Shown in pieces: positions 1 to 12,640 of a DNA stretch of 64,000 bases. How positions within the stretch are numbered: position 1 is the first letter of the stretch; each line of letters begins with the position of its first letter. The position numbers and the translations under genes were made by a program. The notes beneath the pieces are model-generated. The model was not told the origin of the DNA and did not search any database. It worked only from the letters and a program-made list of their open reading frames with translations. The stretch comes from Octopus vulgaris (Eukaryota): the NCBI GenBank assembly GCA_951406725.2, contig OX597814.1:57908001-57972000 (forward strand). Direction: 5' to 3'.

Positions 1-115
1 ATATCGACTCCTGTGTTCAATCGGTGCTTATTTTATCGACCCCGAAAGGATGAAAAGCAAAGGGGACCTCGGCGGAAGACTGATGACTGATGACACACCG
101 CTAAGCATTTCTGCC
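1..115 (-). mobile_element. SINE family A fragment (tRNA-derived; ctttcatcctttcggggtcgataaa-taagtacc core)
   Basis: Reverse complement of the core seen in many copies (ttttatcgaccccgaaaggatgaaa). Confidence 0.75.
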
Positions 116-2231
116 TTCTAATGAACTAAGTATTGTCGACTGAGATCAACGCCATATTCTCGGATTCCGGATTCGCTCCAAAATCAGCTAAGTTTTCCTT
201 TCAAATATTTTTCAAACATTACGGTTTTATTTAAAGAAATTTGAACGATCTTTCTCGCAAACCGAGTAACTACGAACTGGTTTCTTCATTGATTCTGTTT
301 TCTGCTTTTGTGTAATTGACTCATCTTTTAGTGCAATTATTTCTTTGATGTATCTGCAACTTTTGGTTAGTCAGTGCAAGGCATGCTATATTGTATGATA
401 TTTTTTATTGTGCATTGTTGAATTACGTAACTCTTTTCAAATTGTAGTCTTCGGTGTTATGTACAAAACTTCAGATTTGAATATTTTCGACTGAATCTTT
501 TGTCAAATTTCATTAGTAAGTGCATGTCGTTCATTGCATTGTCACTTTCGATTTCAACAATAATGTAACCATTCTCTTCCTACAACTTCTTTCCCTACTC
601 CAACAAATATTATGTGGGCTGTATACATCACACTATGCTGGTTGCAGTCCATCTCATTATAACCATTGAAAATAGTTACTCCAGGAAGGGTCATATATTT
701 CCCCGACGAACTGATAGAATATTTTAAGAGCTTACAGTTATAATGCTTCCATAGACTTTAGAAGTTTATTTAACGAAATATAATGGAAACATAGATAAAT
801 TAAATAAATATGTGATACGAACAAATAGAAAAAGAAAAATAGATATAGACTTCCTATTTTGTAGACAACTTTTTATAAGCTTTCATTTAAAAATGAAATG
901 GTTGAAAATAAAAAAAAAAGGTATGTGTGGTTATTCGAAATGACCAAATGATACTGTTTGATGATATCTAATAAAATAAGAAGTGTATTTACTTTTTATT
1001 CATGTGTCTTGTCTCGACAATATCTTACTTACATGACTGTTTTTAATCGGTGTTCTAGTGATTGTAACACGCGGTATCTGAGTTATATTCGTAGCACTTA
1101 TGTCGGTGAGCTAGCAAAAGTTCTAGCCTACCAGACAAAATGCTTCGCGGCATTTCGCCTGTCTTATGCTCAGAGCTCAAAATTTTACTTTTTTGGGCTT
1201 TCTTCCCTAAAAAACTGCTGTTCCTATATCAAAATTGCATTGTGGTGAACTATGTAATTGTTCGATTATCACACTTCAGTGAAAAATAACATAGCAAACA
1301 CAGACACATTAGATAACGTACTCTTAGATACCTCTATGAGGTCAGAAAAGTCACGGATCGTAAGGCTGTTTTATCAGGGGTGACATCGTGCTTAATAACA
1401 ATAGCCACAACAACAATTGCAACTGATGGTCTTTGTCCAATATTGCAAAGCTTAGAAGTATGACGATCAGAAAGAAAAAAATAACAACAATATTTTTGTG
1501 TACGACAGTACTTCACTGCAATTCGCTTATCCTACAAGTGGAATCTGATCCAATATAATTTATTTCATTGACATAGTCCTTCAGTAAAACAGTTTAGTTG
1601 ACTAGCGAACAGGATGTCTGTTAATTTGATGAACTCATTTCATTCTCAATCTCAAACTAATATTAAATTCTTAAAATTTAGGGAGTGATAGGAGAGGAAC
1701 GACTAAACTACAACTTCTTCAGTAGTTATCACACAATCTAGAGGAGGTTTATTATATTATTCTATTTCTTCTCTACGAGAATAAATGCTGCAGAGAATGC
1801 ATGTCGGAGACATAATGGAATGTTGAAATATTTTCTTGCAGTAATTCAGTTGTGCTTCTACATTTCAGTTTCAAATTCTGTCTTGCCCAGCTTTGTCTTG
1901 TATTCATTATATATTAGTTAATTACATATCACAGAAGTATAGTTCTGCTTTCACTTACTGGTTCCCTCACTGACTGTTTTAATTCTTGCTTTCTGGTTGA
2001 TTGAGCATCTAATGCAGTTCTTAGTTTTACTATGTCTCTGCATAGTTTGATTTAATTATAGTACAAGAAATAACCCCATTAAAGTTATTAATCGAATAGT
2101 TATAGTAGTTTTTTTATATTTCATATTGTGTCTTAAAGAACTCTTTTCTTGTTTTCTAGATAAATAGCAACCCAATTCTTTAAAACCTTGCGCTATCTAT
2201 TTATCTATCAATCTTTCAAATTTTTACACGA

Positions 2232-2408
2232 GGGCAGCCATTTCTGAGGAGGAGTAAGTCCATTACATCGACTCCAGTGTTCAACTTGTATTTATTTTAT
2301 CATCCCTGAGAAGATGAAAGTCAAAGTCCAACCCGGTGATATTTGAACGTAAAGTTGGAAGAAATGCCGCTAAGAATTTTTCTCGGCGCGGTAACGATTC
2401 TGCCAGCT
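2232..2408 (-). mobile_element. SINE family A, degraded
   Basis: Matches the family A head and core on the minus strand. Confidence 0.7.
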
Positions 2409-2609
2409 ATGAACGCAATATATATATATATTGCTTTTATACTGAATGTATGGCTGGGGCCTGTTTTATTGCTGTTTACTTACAGCCTTATTGGAAATGA
2501 TTTCTAATATATACAAAATTATTATTAGAATATTCATTATATCAGCAGAGATAAAAGGAAGATGCATGCAGGAGTGATCGATTGAATAGAATTATACACA
2601 TGGATTCAT

Positions 2610-2972
2610 CCTTCTGGTCAGTAACAAATGAGTACACCTGTGATACAAAGCATGCCCTTTAATACACCTAAGATTGCATTATCCAATGTGTGCCCCATTA
2701 TTTTAGAGATTGTGGGAAATGATTCTTCCAATATGACTACTTGTGGAATAGTATAGACCCATAGGACCGGTTTCCCGGGAATAAATATTCCCATCTGGAC
2801 GGAATGCCGGTCCGTCACAAGGTTACTCATTTTTGCCTGCTACGTTGCAGCTGGATCAATGTGAAATGAAATATTTTGCTCAGAAACACAACGCGTCGCT
2901 TTGCTCGGGTATAGAAACCACAACTTTACGATCATGAATCCATCACCTTAACCACTAAGCCACGTGCCTCCA
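2610..2972 (-). mobile_element. tRNA-headed SINE (family B-like head)
   Basis: Minus strand begins ggaggcacgtggcttagtggttaagg, a tRNA-like A box, followed by a degraded B box. Confidence 0.6.
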
Positions 2973-3069
2973 CTTGCATACAAGTTATGCATTTAACGGT
3001 GCTCTGGCATGGCCACAGCCTTAAGGCTGAACCTTGTAAAAGAATAAAATACTTTGTATATATTAACGC

Positions 3070-3395
3070 AGTGAGCTGGCAGAATCGTTAGGAGGCCGGG
3101 AAAAATGATTAGCAGCATTTCGTCCGTCTTTACGTTCTGAGTTCTTTGTCTTTCATCCTTTCGTGGGGTGGATAAAATAAGTACCAGTTAAACACCGGAG
3201 TCGTTGTAATCGACTTCCCTCTACCCCGAAATTGCTGGCCTGGTGTCAAAATTTGAAGTCAATTTCGCCGAAGCCGACTTACCTTTCATACTTTTGGGGG
3301 TTGATGAATTAAGTACCAGTCAAGTACTGATGTGAGTGTAATCGAGTTTCCCCTTTTCCAAAATTCCAGGCCTTGTGCCTATAGTAGAAAAGATT
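3070..3395 (+). mobile_element. SINE family A, two tandem partial copies
   Basis: gagctggcagaatcgttag head, then the core twice (about 3150 and 3280). Confidence 0.75.
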
Positions 3396-3449
3396 ATTTG
3401 TGTATGGTCTGGCCTTGTGCCAAAATTTGATATACTTATTTGTACATAT

Positions 3450-4005
3450 TAAGGCAGAATCGTTGGCACACCAGGCAAAATGCTTGCTGTCTCCATGTTC
3501 TGAGTTCAAATTCCGCCGGGGTCGCATTTATTTTACATCGACAAACTGGATTGGTTGGAAGCACTCCGTCGGTTACGACGATGAGGGTTCCGGTTGATCC
3601 GAATCAACGGAACAGCCTGCTCGTGAAATTAACGTGTAAGCGGCTGAGCACTTAACGTAGTTCTCGGGGATATTCAGCGTGACACAGAGAGTGACAAGGC
3701 CGGCCCTTTGAAGTACAGGTACAACAGAAACAGGAAGTAAGAGTGAGAGAAAGTTGTGGTGAAAGAGTACAGCAGGGATCACCATCATCCCCTGCCGGAG
3801 CCTCGTGGAGCTTTAGGTGTTTCGCTCAATAAACACTCACAACGCCCGGTCTGGGAATCGAAACCGCGATCCTATGACCGCGAGTCCGCTTCCCTAACCA
3901 CTGGGCCATTGTGCCTCCACACATCGACAAACTATTAGTCAGGTCAATGTAATCAGCTTATCCCATCCCTCAAAAACTGTTGGTCCCGTGCATAAATTTG
4001 GAGTT
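3450..4005 (+). mobile_element. SINE family A copy interrupted by a family B SINE
   Basis: Head at 3452-3534; the family A 3' part resumes after 3933. Confidence 0.65.
3548..3919 (-). mobile_element. Full-length SINE family B with 13-bp target-site duplication
   Basis: tRNA-like head (tggcccagtggttagg...ggtttcgattcc); acatcgacaaact repeated directly at 3535-3547 and 3921-3933. Confidence 0.85.
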
Positions 4006-4607
4006 ATTATTTATACATATTTATTTAAAATAGATTTAATTAAATTATAACTGAAGGTAGCAAGAAATTTAAATGAAGAAAAATCGAAAACAACGAAAGA
4101 GGAAAAATTAATAAGAGTAATAAAAATTCTGTGAAATGTAGAGGATTGCCTCGAGACGAACATTCAGATAATACACTGCAGTAGTTTTCCATAGAGGGCA
4201 AAATGCATTCATCTTGCAGTATTAGGGTCCCTGTATTTACGTCCTCTATAGACTGGCCGTGCAGATCACAAGCCCTGTGGCCTATGTAGCTGTTGAACAC
4301 CATACAGTGTGCCTAGACGTTGGACAAAGAGTTATAATTTTCAATTCTTTTTGATGAGAAGAGTGATATGTGAGGGATTCTACAGGGCGTATGGAACACA
4401 CACTTAAAATACAAAAACTTAACAAAATAAACACAGAATGAAATATAGAACTTGAAATGGTCACTGTTAGCCAACATTTAACATTAAACAAGAGTCATTC
4501 CAAATTTCATCAAGGTGTGGGAATCTATTTGAAGCTATAATCAGTTCATTCAAGTATACCACACTCACAAGACAAGCATCCATCATTCTCAATTTTCCCA
4601 AGCTGTA

Positions 4608-4812
4608 AGGCGGCGAGCTGGCAGAAACGTTAGCACGTCAGGCGAAGTGCTTAGCGGCATTTCGTCTGTCTTAACGTTCTGAGTTCAAATTCCATCGAGG
4701 GCGACTTTGCCTTTTATCCTTTCGGGGTCAATAAATTAAGTACCAGTTGCGTACTGGGTCAATCTAATTGCCCCCCCCCCCAAATTCGGGCCTTGTGTCT
4801 AGTGTAGAAAGA
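4608..4812 (+). mobile_element. SINE family A
   Basis: ggcggcgagctggcagaaacgttagc head, gagttcaaattcc B box, core and 3' end. Confidence 0.85.
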
Positions 4813-7315
4813 ATTTTACTAAGCTGTGGAATTGTATTGGCAGCGACATACACAGAATATCTTCGATCATGCAGACCATATTCATCACAGAAGCACCTAC
4901 GTTCTACAAATTTACTACAGACCAGCATTTCCTTTGCTCTTCTCAGCGTTTTTTTGAAGGGATACTTGGTAACTTTATGAGTTTGTATAGATAAGAAAAT
5001 TCCAGTCTCCAATCATCTCATCAAATATATCTTTAAAATATCGTTAGCAAAATAAATAAATAAATAAAGGTTGTTGTTCTTTGTCCTTTAGCCCCAGATT
5101 AGTCTTGATTACTCAGACCTATGATCAAAGGCAATCTGGCCATAAGCATCCCATCTATTTCCTTTAAGCAGGAAAACTATGACCACATTATCAAGCGTGG
5201 TTTTTAAAGACGATAGACGATAGTGTGATTGTTGAGAGATTTAGCATTTATTTCTAGTAGTTGGCTGACCACGTAAAAGTTCCCGGCAATAACGGTAGTT
5301 TCTGGACACATAGCGCGAAGCACAAAATGCGTTGTGCTTTTAGTTATGTCTTCCTCCGGCGTGACTTGCATTCTGTCGGAAAAGACGAGCAATGGTACAT
5401 GTAGTAGGTACTAGGATTGAATAAATCAGCTATATACATTTAACTCAGTTTGTTATATTTTGTCTAACACAGAAAAAGAGTATTGTTTAGAGTCAACATG
5501 GGCAACCTCTACCTAGTCCATTGACTTGCCACAAATAACAGCTGAATTCCCTTCAAATCACACATTACTGTCAGTGGAAATAATTTAGGGTACACGCATG
5601 AAGGTTGATCTTAGATACACCGGAGAGAGTGCCTTTGATCACAGATCTATGCGATCATTGCAGATCTAGGACTAAATAATGCAATAATTGCTTTAAACAT
5701 GAGTCAAGGCGTGAAATTTTAGTGGGAAGCGTTCATCGATTTAAATCGACTGGTGTTATTAACTCATACGTTTTTTCATCGCCATTGGAAGGATGAAAGG
5801 CAAAGTTAACCTCGGCGCGATTTGAAATTACAGAGTAAACTGTCGGAAAGAGAAGCATTTGTGTTTTTAACGTTTTAACGAGCCTGTCAATCCACTACCC
5901 TGAAATGACAATCATAATATGTCAACGACTGTACTTTCTATTAACTCTGGAGGATTCAACACATAATTACATCACTGTTAGAATGATCACTTGCTTTTAT
6001 TATTGCCATATCTTTCTTTATTCATAAAGACCTTTGTTGCATTTCCTATAATACAATCTAATAATAAGGAGAAATTTTCTCGCAAATCTAATGGCAACTC
6101 CTCTATTTCCACTTCACATTTGACATTAATTATATCAGCTTTATGAATTTCCTCTATATCTTTATGTTTCAACATTTCTCTTCAGCTTTCATTTTTTTCT
6201 TTATCATTTTAAAGTCTAGCAGTATTCATTTCTATATTTTAATTAAATCCTTTTCAAATATATATAATATATAACTAGTATTTGTAAAAGTAGAAGCCGC
6301 TTGAAACCATAAACATTAAGGTAGTATTACCTTTATTTCACCCGCCCCAGCTTGCCCGTTTGTTTTCACCTCTTCACTTTAATATAAAACTTACATTCTA
6401 ATAAAATAATAGCTCCTATGTGCACTTACACATAGGAGGCATTATTGGAATATAAATCGCCTCTAGTACTTGACTAATTTTTATATTATAAATTAATATT
6501 GATTTCTCACATTATCAGAGTCTCAAATGTTGAAGGATTTAATGTTGAATCAATTTTATCGAATCCCTCACTAGATGACTAATATTAGAAAAAGTGGCAA
6601 ACGAAGTTATTCGCTGTGAGATTTGAATCTAAAAACTAAAGATTATAAATTAAAGATCATTAACTAAATACTGACAGGCATTTAATCCACCTCTTTGCAA
6701 TATATCTAGGTTCATTTTAATACTCATACTGTAGGTGGACTCGTACACTTATATCCACATTTATTTCAGGTTCTTTTTAGTTCATATTTTAAAGCATTAA
6801 CAAAGACAAACACACATGTATATTCTTTTATTCTTTTACTTGTTTCAGTCATATGACTGTGGCCATGCTGGAGCACCGCCTTAGGGTTACTTTAATGCGT
6901 ATTTTATTAAATGCCATATCCATTTACGTTAGCTTCATTTATATTATGAGGAACCGGTGTTTCATTCAATCTACAGAACTGGACTTATTATTAAGTTAAT
7001 AATATAGCTGTTTACTGTTTGATGTATCCCTCATATTGACTGGATGTTTTAGGTCATATAACTGTTGTTATTGTTGTCTGACTGACTTGACACTAAATGG
7101 GCTTCTCTCTCTCTTTGTTAGCTGAATGGATTAAAGCGACGTGAAATACAGTGCCTTCTCCAAAGAAACAATGCGCCTCCTGCACCTGGAAATACACACA
7201 CGATCTCATCATCAAAAGCATAGTTGCTTAGGCAATTCAGGCAATGCAAATTATCGAGTGGCCGTATATGAACACGAATAACATACTTTGAAGCTTTTTA
7301 CGGCAGTATGTATAT

Positions 7316-7460
7316 GTGGTCGACTTTCCCTTTCATCCTTTCGGGGTCCATAAATTAAGTACCAGTTACGCACTGGGGTCGATGTAATCGACTTAATACC
7401 TATGTCTGTCCTTGTTTGTCCTCTCTGTGTTTAGCCCCTTGTGGGTAATAAAGAAATTAG
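7316..7460 (+). mobile_element. SINE family A 3' half
   Basis: Core plus tgtcctctctgtgtttagcccc tail, also present at 53540-53600 on the minus strand. Confidence 0.75.
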
Positions 7461-7581
7461 TATGTCTATGTGGAGGCAGCAGAAGTAGCATCTGAATTTT
7501 CGGGTTAATTGACTGTAATATTTACATACCTCATTTTTCATTCTGATTTCAAATTGCACTTTTCTTAATCATTTATGTATA

Positions 7582-7931
7582 CAGTAATCCCTCGCCTATC
7601 GCGATTTATTATTTGAGCTTACAAAGGCGGCTAGCTGGCAGAAACGTTAGCGTGGGGTCGGTAAAATAAGTACCAGTTAAACACTGGGGTTGATGTAATC
7701 AACTTACCCTCTCCCCCCAAATTTCAGGCCTTGTGCCTACAGTAGAAAGGACTATTTAAGCTTACGTTGATTCCTCTGTGGTATTGTTTTGAATTTATGA
7801 TAAAATAAATATATGCAAATTATAAAAATAAAAAAAATAAAAATACAGTACAGTATTGTTTCTACTTCGTGGATTTTCACATATCGCAGGGATTTGGGGG
7901 CATATCGCCCGCGATAGTTGAGGGATTACTA
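7582..7931. mobile_element. Tc1/pogo-type MITE with a nested SINE A fragment (about 7625-7752)
   Basis: Terminal inverted repeats cagtaatccctcgcctatcgcg / cgcgatagttgagggattact in a TA context. Confidence 0.7.
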
Positions 7932-8206
7932 TATTCCTTTGGTCCACGGAAGCAATTTAAGTAATCTTGGATGTTATTATGAGAGCAATCAAACTTTTCG
8001 AGTATGAAGGAGCTACAAGTAGATACAATTATGAAAATATATCTTTTACTGTCACACATTTTTGTCATACATTGAAAGACAAGTTAGCAGAGTTGTTTGA
8101 GAATCTAACAGAATGACTTGATTCTATACTTGAGAGATGAGGAATTATGTATATTATTCACATTATTTACATTTGACGGACATTTGTCTCCATCTTTTTT
8201 GTTGTC

Positions 8207-8252
8207 AACACAATGTTTCAGCTGATATACTCTTCAGCCTTCATCAGGTGTC
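8207..8252 (-). ncRNA. Hammerhead ribozyme motif, family H1 (stem III altered)
   Basis: GACAC-CUGAUGA-A-GGCUGA..UCAGCU-GAAA-CAUU-GUGUU. Confidence 0.65.
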
Positions 8253-8300
8253 CTGGGGCAATTTGGAACCTGGGTTCTCATTCCTAAGGTAATTTTTCGA

Positions 8301-8368
<68 letters not shown>

Positions 8369-8474
8369 TCACCGTCTGGAATAACATCAGGACAGTATCC
8401 AAGAATAATACAACACTTCGCAAATATATACTTCGTGTAAACCACCAATAGAAGAGAATATAACCAAATACAAC

Positions 8475-8780
8475 TCGTATTCCATTCCATGCAGCTGTGG
8501 TAGGTTATACAAAGGCGAAACTTGCCGCCACCTCAAAATAAGGGTAGAGGAATATCCCAAAGCTGTGACATGGGGAGATATTGATGAATCAGGTATAGCT
8601 GATCATGTATGGAAAAATAGAGACCACCTCCCCCTGTCAGATGAAGTTAAAATAGTAGACAGAGAACACCACTGGAAAATACGAAAACTAAAAGAGGCAG
8701 CACATGTGCTGGGACCTCCTAAGCAGACCTAGTGCAGATATGAGTATTATATGGGAACTGGTATTAAGGAAGTATAGGAA
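8475..8780 (+). pseudogene. Penelope-type GIY-YIG endonuclease fragment
   Basis: Manual translation: SYSIPCSCGRLYKGETCRHLKIRVEEY...SGIADHVWKNRDH...VKIVDREHHWKIRKLKEAAH. Confidence 0.85.
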
Positions 8781-8827
8781 AATATTAGATTTATAAACCC
8801 AAAAATTCACTCCATATTTGCCCACTG

Positions 8828-8895
8828 CTATATGGTATAGTGTTTGAGAGCACGAGTACTAACCCCGAGATTGCGAGTTCTATTTCAGGCTGTGA
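8828..8895 (+). promoter_or_regulatory. tRNA-like segment (Pol III A/B boxes) inside the PLE 3' region
   Basis: tggtatagtgtttgag...gagttctatttc; the sister copy at 18567-18588 (-) has the B box GAGTTCGACTCC. Confidence 0.55.
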
Positions 8896-8966
8896 CCTGA
8901 GTAACAATAATAATAACATCAGAAGAAAACCTTAGGAATGGGAATCCGGGTTCGAAATTCCCGCTG

Positions 8967-9012
8967 GACACCTGATGAAGGCTGGAGAGTACATCAGCCG
9001 AAACGATGTGTT
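8967..9012 (+). ncRNA. Hammerhead ribozyme motif, family H1 (cleavage triplet mutated)
   Basis: GACAC-CUGAUGA-A-GGCUG..CAGCC-GAAA-CGAU-GUGUU. Confidence 0.65.
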
Positions 9013-10631
9013 AACAACAAACAAGATGAGACAAACACTATCCGTCAAATGTAAAGAATGACTTGAGTTATAAAGTTCTTTTATTTCCGAGTTCAAATTC
9101 AAACGAAATTAGCCTTTACTCAATCATCGTTCTGGGGTTGATAAGGAAAGTTCTAGTCAAGGACTGCAAATTCTGGGAACCGTTAGGATGCTGGAATATA
9201 TGTTCTCATATTTATTGTTATTTTTTGTATTTTGAGTTAAATTTTCCCCGTGGCCTATTTCGGCGTAGACCTAATCCGTCGCTCGATTTAACAACAATAC
9301 TTAACAGCTTAGATGCTTTATGGATACTTTCCTCCTTCCTTCCATAAGTTAAAGATGTTCATTAGTGGCTGTTCTGCCACTTGTCTAATCGAGTAAATAA
9401 ACATATTTTGCATAGCCCCACTTTTGATTCTTCTTTTTCCAGGCAAGTTAGTTTCAAGTCTCATTACAATCTTACATTCTGTTATTTATTTCTGCATTTT
9501 ATTTTATTTAAGTTTTCCTTTCTGTATGTTTAAATTTCTGTAAAAGTTTGCAATTTGTTTTAATTATCACACGTAAGGAATATAATGGTTATGTTTTAAA
9601 GGCTATTGAAATATTCATTAGCTGTCAGCTTAGTGATTACTAGTCTTAAGGAGATGACAATAGTTGTTCGTTTAGTTTAGTCTGCTCTTCAGTTACACTC
9701 GTGGCGTTATTCTATTCATTTGATTGTCTCCAGATTGAAATACGTCACTTTAGATAAATTGAAAATTGGCTAGTGACTGTCAGTAGTTAAATAAAATAAA
9801 ATGAGTAATAAACCATCGCTATGCTATTTAATTTAGTATTAACGTATTTTATGTAGCTGTATTAAGATCTAATTGGTAAAAATTATGCGGTGAGGATAAA
9901 ACAATATTAGTTGATGATTAACATAATTTTAATTGATCGGGTGTTATTATGACCTTCATGAATGAAACATACGTTTTACTATACATGCCAAAGTACTGAT
10001 GACATAATTACTAAATCGTAAACTGAATCATATTTCTAGAGTACAATGACTCACTAATCGCTCCCTCCACTAGTATAGGGAAATCTATACTTCGTTGATA
10101 AGGTCAGAATACAACTAAAACATACCATAAGTTATCTCGTGTTTGCTGAAATAACCATTATATTATTAGTACATACAAGCGGTGTAGAATTTTAATTAGG
10201 TGGAACGAGAAGGGCGATAAGGTATTGGCCTATTAGCTCACTAATATTGAATTTATATTCACTGGAAGAGTTTAGTAAACTTTCAGAAAAAGAAACCGAA
10301 CTTTAGATGCGTGAATTCAGAACAATAGCATCGCTTAATTCTAGATAACTATGCTACAATTGTAACGAAGGAAGGGATTCAATAGAGTGATCTAACAAAC
10401 AAAGCTGTCTTAGAAATATATTAGAGAGCTGTGCTTCCCTATAGTAATATTTACTGCTAAATAGGCGTAAAAGATTATAATATTTTGTCAGCGCTTGTAC
10501 ATCTACACAAGAAAGAAAATTCTAATTTCATGTTCTGTGACTGATATAGTTATAAGTCAGAATAGTTATAAGCAAAGAAAAAGTGTTTGCTTACAATTAA
10601 CATCTGTTATTAAGCTGTGAGATACTGTGTG

Positions 10632-10762
<131 letters not shown>

Positions 10763-10895
10763 TTATATTATATAGAGGGTACTATTATTCATAGGTACCG
10801 CACGCTAGGAGGGACTCTTGCAGTCAAAACTACTAAAATAAACAAATTGTACCGAATGCAAAACTTCAAAGCAAGTAATTTAAAAACAGAATTTA

Positions 10896-10959
10896 GTTAC
10901 ATATCACCTGTGATTTCGCAATCAATGCAGAATATGCATTCTATGCTCTTCAGTGCAAC
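10896..10959 (-). ncRNA. Type I hammerhead ribozyme, family H2, intact
   Basis: GUUGCA-CUGAAGA-GCA uag AAUGCA uauuc UGCAUU gau UGC-GAAA-UCAC ag GUGA-UA-UGUAAC. All three stems pair; cleavage triplet AUA. Confidence 0.85.
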
Positions 10960-11286
10960 GAACTCAAGACATGTAAGGAAAAAACACAATATAGCATACC
11001 CGACAGCCAACCGTAGAATTCGTCGTAGCATGTACGAATGTTTATCTTTACATATCTATGAAAATGGCGGGCTTATTCGCAATGCATTTCGGTTACAATT
11101 TGCCTATTCGGAACAAAAATTCAGTATTGAACTATTCCAGTGAAAAATATAAATTTAAAATTAAGGATAAAATAAATATTTTCAAAGTGGAAAAATTTAC
11201 AGATTTTTTCTCTTATGAGGTTTTTCACGCTAACTACTGATAATTTCTTATAAAGATTTTATCCTTATTTATATTCTCTCGTAAGC

Positions 11287-11344
11287 TCTACTGAAGACGA
11301 ATAAATCTTTTCTGAGATTAATTCCGAAATTGATTCAATATAGA
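11287..11344 (+). ncRNA. Type I hammerhead ribozyme, family H3, near intact
   Basis: UCUA-CUGAAGA-cGAAUaAAUCUU uucu GAGAUUaAUUCc-GAAA-UUGA u UCAA-UA-UAGA. Confidence 0.75.
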
Positions 11345-11562
11345 AATAACGAAATTTAAATATTCTAGCGGCTAGCTTGTCCGATTTCAGTTCAATTTTT
11401 CTGTAGCGAGTAGATTATATGTGGAAAATCAGCATATTGGCTTTAAAAAAATTTACTTTAGCCCTTTCTTATAAGTTGTTTGTAATTTTAACCGTAAAGG
11501 TATTTTAATATGCTGCCACATTTCTTGATGGAATTCTTTTCTGTAGAGAAAAAACTTCATCC

Positions 11563-11595
<33 letters not shown>

Positions 11596-11642
11596 ACATG
11601 TATATATATATATACATATATATGCATATATATACATATATA

Positions 11643-11699
<57 letters not shown>

Positions 11700-11702
<3 letters not shown>

Positions 11703-12039
11703 CAATATCTCGCAGATGTATGTACACCCCTAAAAAATATACTGCATTTTGTGGCATTATTTCAAGCCAGCCGGCTTTTTTTGCGCCAACTGCATGTACA
11801 TTTTTCTCGCGTATGCGTAGTATCAATCGCAATAACTGATGTACTTGCGCGTACAAATGCACGTTCCCACGGCTTTATCGATCGTATTGTCACCTGGAAT
11901 CTATTTTTGTAATTTTTTGAAGACTTATACACGCCTTGATATCGTCGGTATCTACATATCAAATTTGAGCGCAATCGGATGGAGGATGCCCAAGATCCTA
12001 GAAGATACACAGACAGACAGACAGAACGGATTTTATATA

Positions 12040-12040
<1 letters not shown>
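11700..12040 (-). mobile_element. Probable non-autonomous Helitron/Helentron-like element between (TA)n arrays
   Basis: caaatttgagcgcaatcgg...(acag)n terminal pattern typical of such elements; similar pattern at 49190-49310. Confidence 0.45.
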
Positions 12041-12086
<46 letters not shown>

Positions 12087-12173
12087 AGATCCCACAGCGG
12101 TACCACAACAGGAGAGTAGTCGCATGGCTGACACGAGTAAGAGACTATATATATATATATATATATGAAGGAG

Positions 12174-12217
<44 letters not shown>

Positions 12218-12385
12218 AAGATTAAGTTTATAGAGAAACAAAAAACGAAGACAGGTGTATGAACAACCAGCAGGTGTATTGGTGTAACTCTCGGAAGAAT
12301 GAAAAAGTCTTTTCCGTTTCGAACCTACGCTCAATAGAAAGGAATAAGCGAAACCGTTTCGTGATAGAAAATTCAACAAAAGATG
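12218..12385 (-). mobile_element. PLE-end-like repeat with a degenerate hammerhead (family H5)
   Basis: Homologous to 55065-55250; minus strand reads gagcgtaggttcgaaacgga. Confidence 0.5.
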
Positions 12386-12434
12386 TATTCCATCTGCTAA
12401 GATAAATATTTATTTATCTAAAGGATAGAATACA

Positions 12435-12491
12435 TGTGATACTGATAGTTTCATATGTTGAGAAATATCTCAAACGTATTCATCAGACACA
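12435..12491 (-). ncRNA. Type I hammerhead ribozyme, family H4, intact core
   Basis: UGUGU-CUGAUGA-AUACGUUUGAGA uauu UCUCAACAUAU-GAAA-CU auc AG-UA-UCACA; triplet GUA. Confidence 0.75.
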
Positions 12492-12585
12492 AACCACATA
12501 TAACAAACACGAACTAAAGAAAAATTGAATAAGAGAAGAAACACTATAAAACTGTGAAGGCAGCATATTGTAATGATATGTAGTT

Positions 12586-12640
12586 TGTGCCTGTTGAATA
12601 TGTTTGAGATATTTCTCAACATATGGAACTATTAGTACCA
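12586..12640 (+). ncRNA. Hammerhead family H4, degenerate copy
   Basis: Core reads CUGUUGA and GGAA; stem II retained. Confidence 0.55.

Larger units (their letters stand above)
8121..9060 (+). mobile_element. Fold-back Penelope-like element (PLE) relic: inverted terminal repeat, GIY-YIG fragment, then 3' end with hammerhead
   Basis: About 8165-8380 is the reverse complement of about 8880-9055; the arms enclose a GIY-YIG remnant. Confidence 0.85.

Noticed and set aside
3860-3919. tRNA-like sequences here and at 44021, 59455 and 61180
   Set aside because: SINE heads continuing into SINE bodies with no complete acceptor stem; not called tRNA genes.
5987-6175. 62-aa charged ORF on the minus strand
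   Set aside because: No recognisable domain or splice context; cannot be called an exon.
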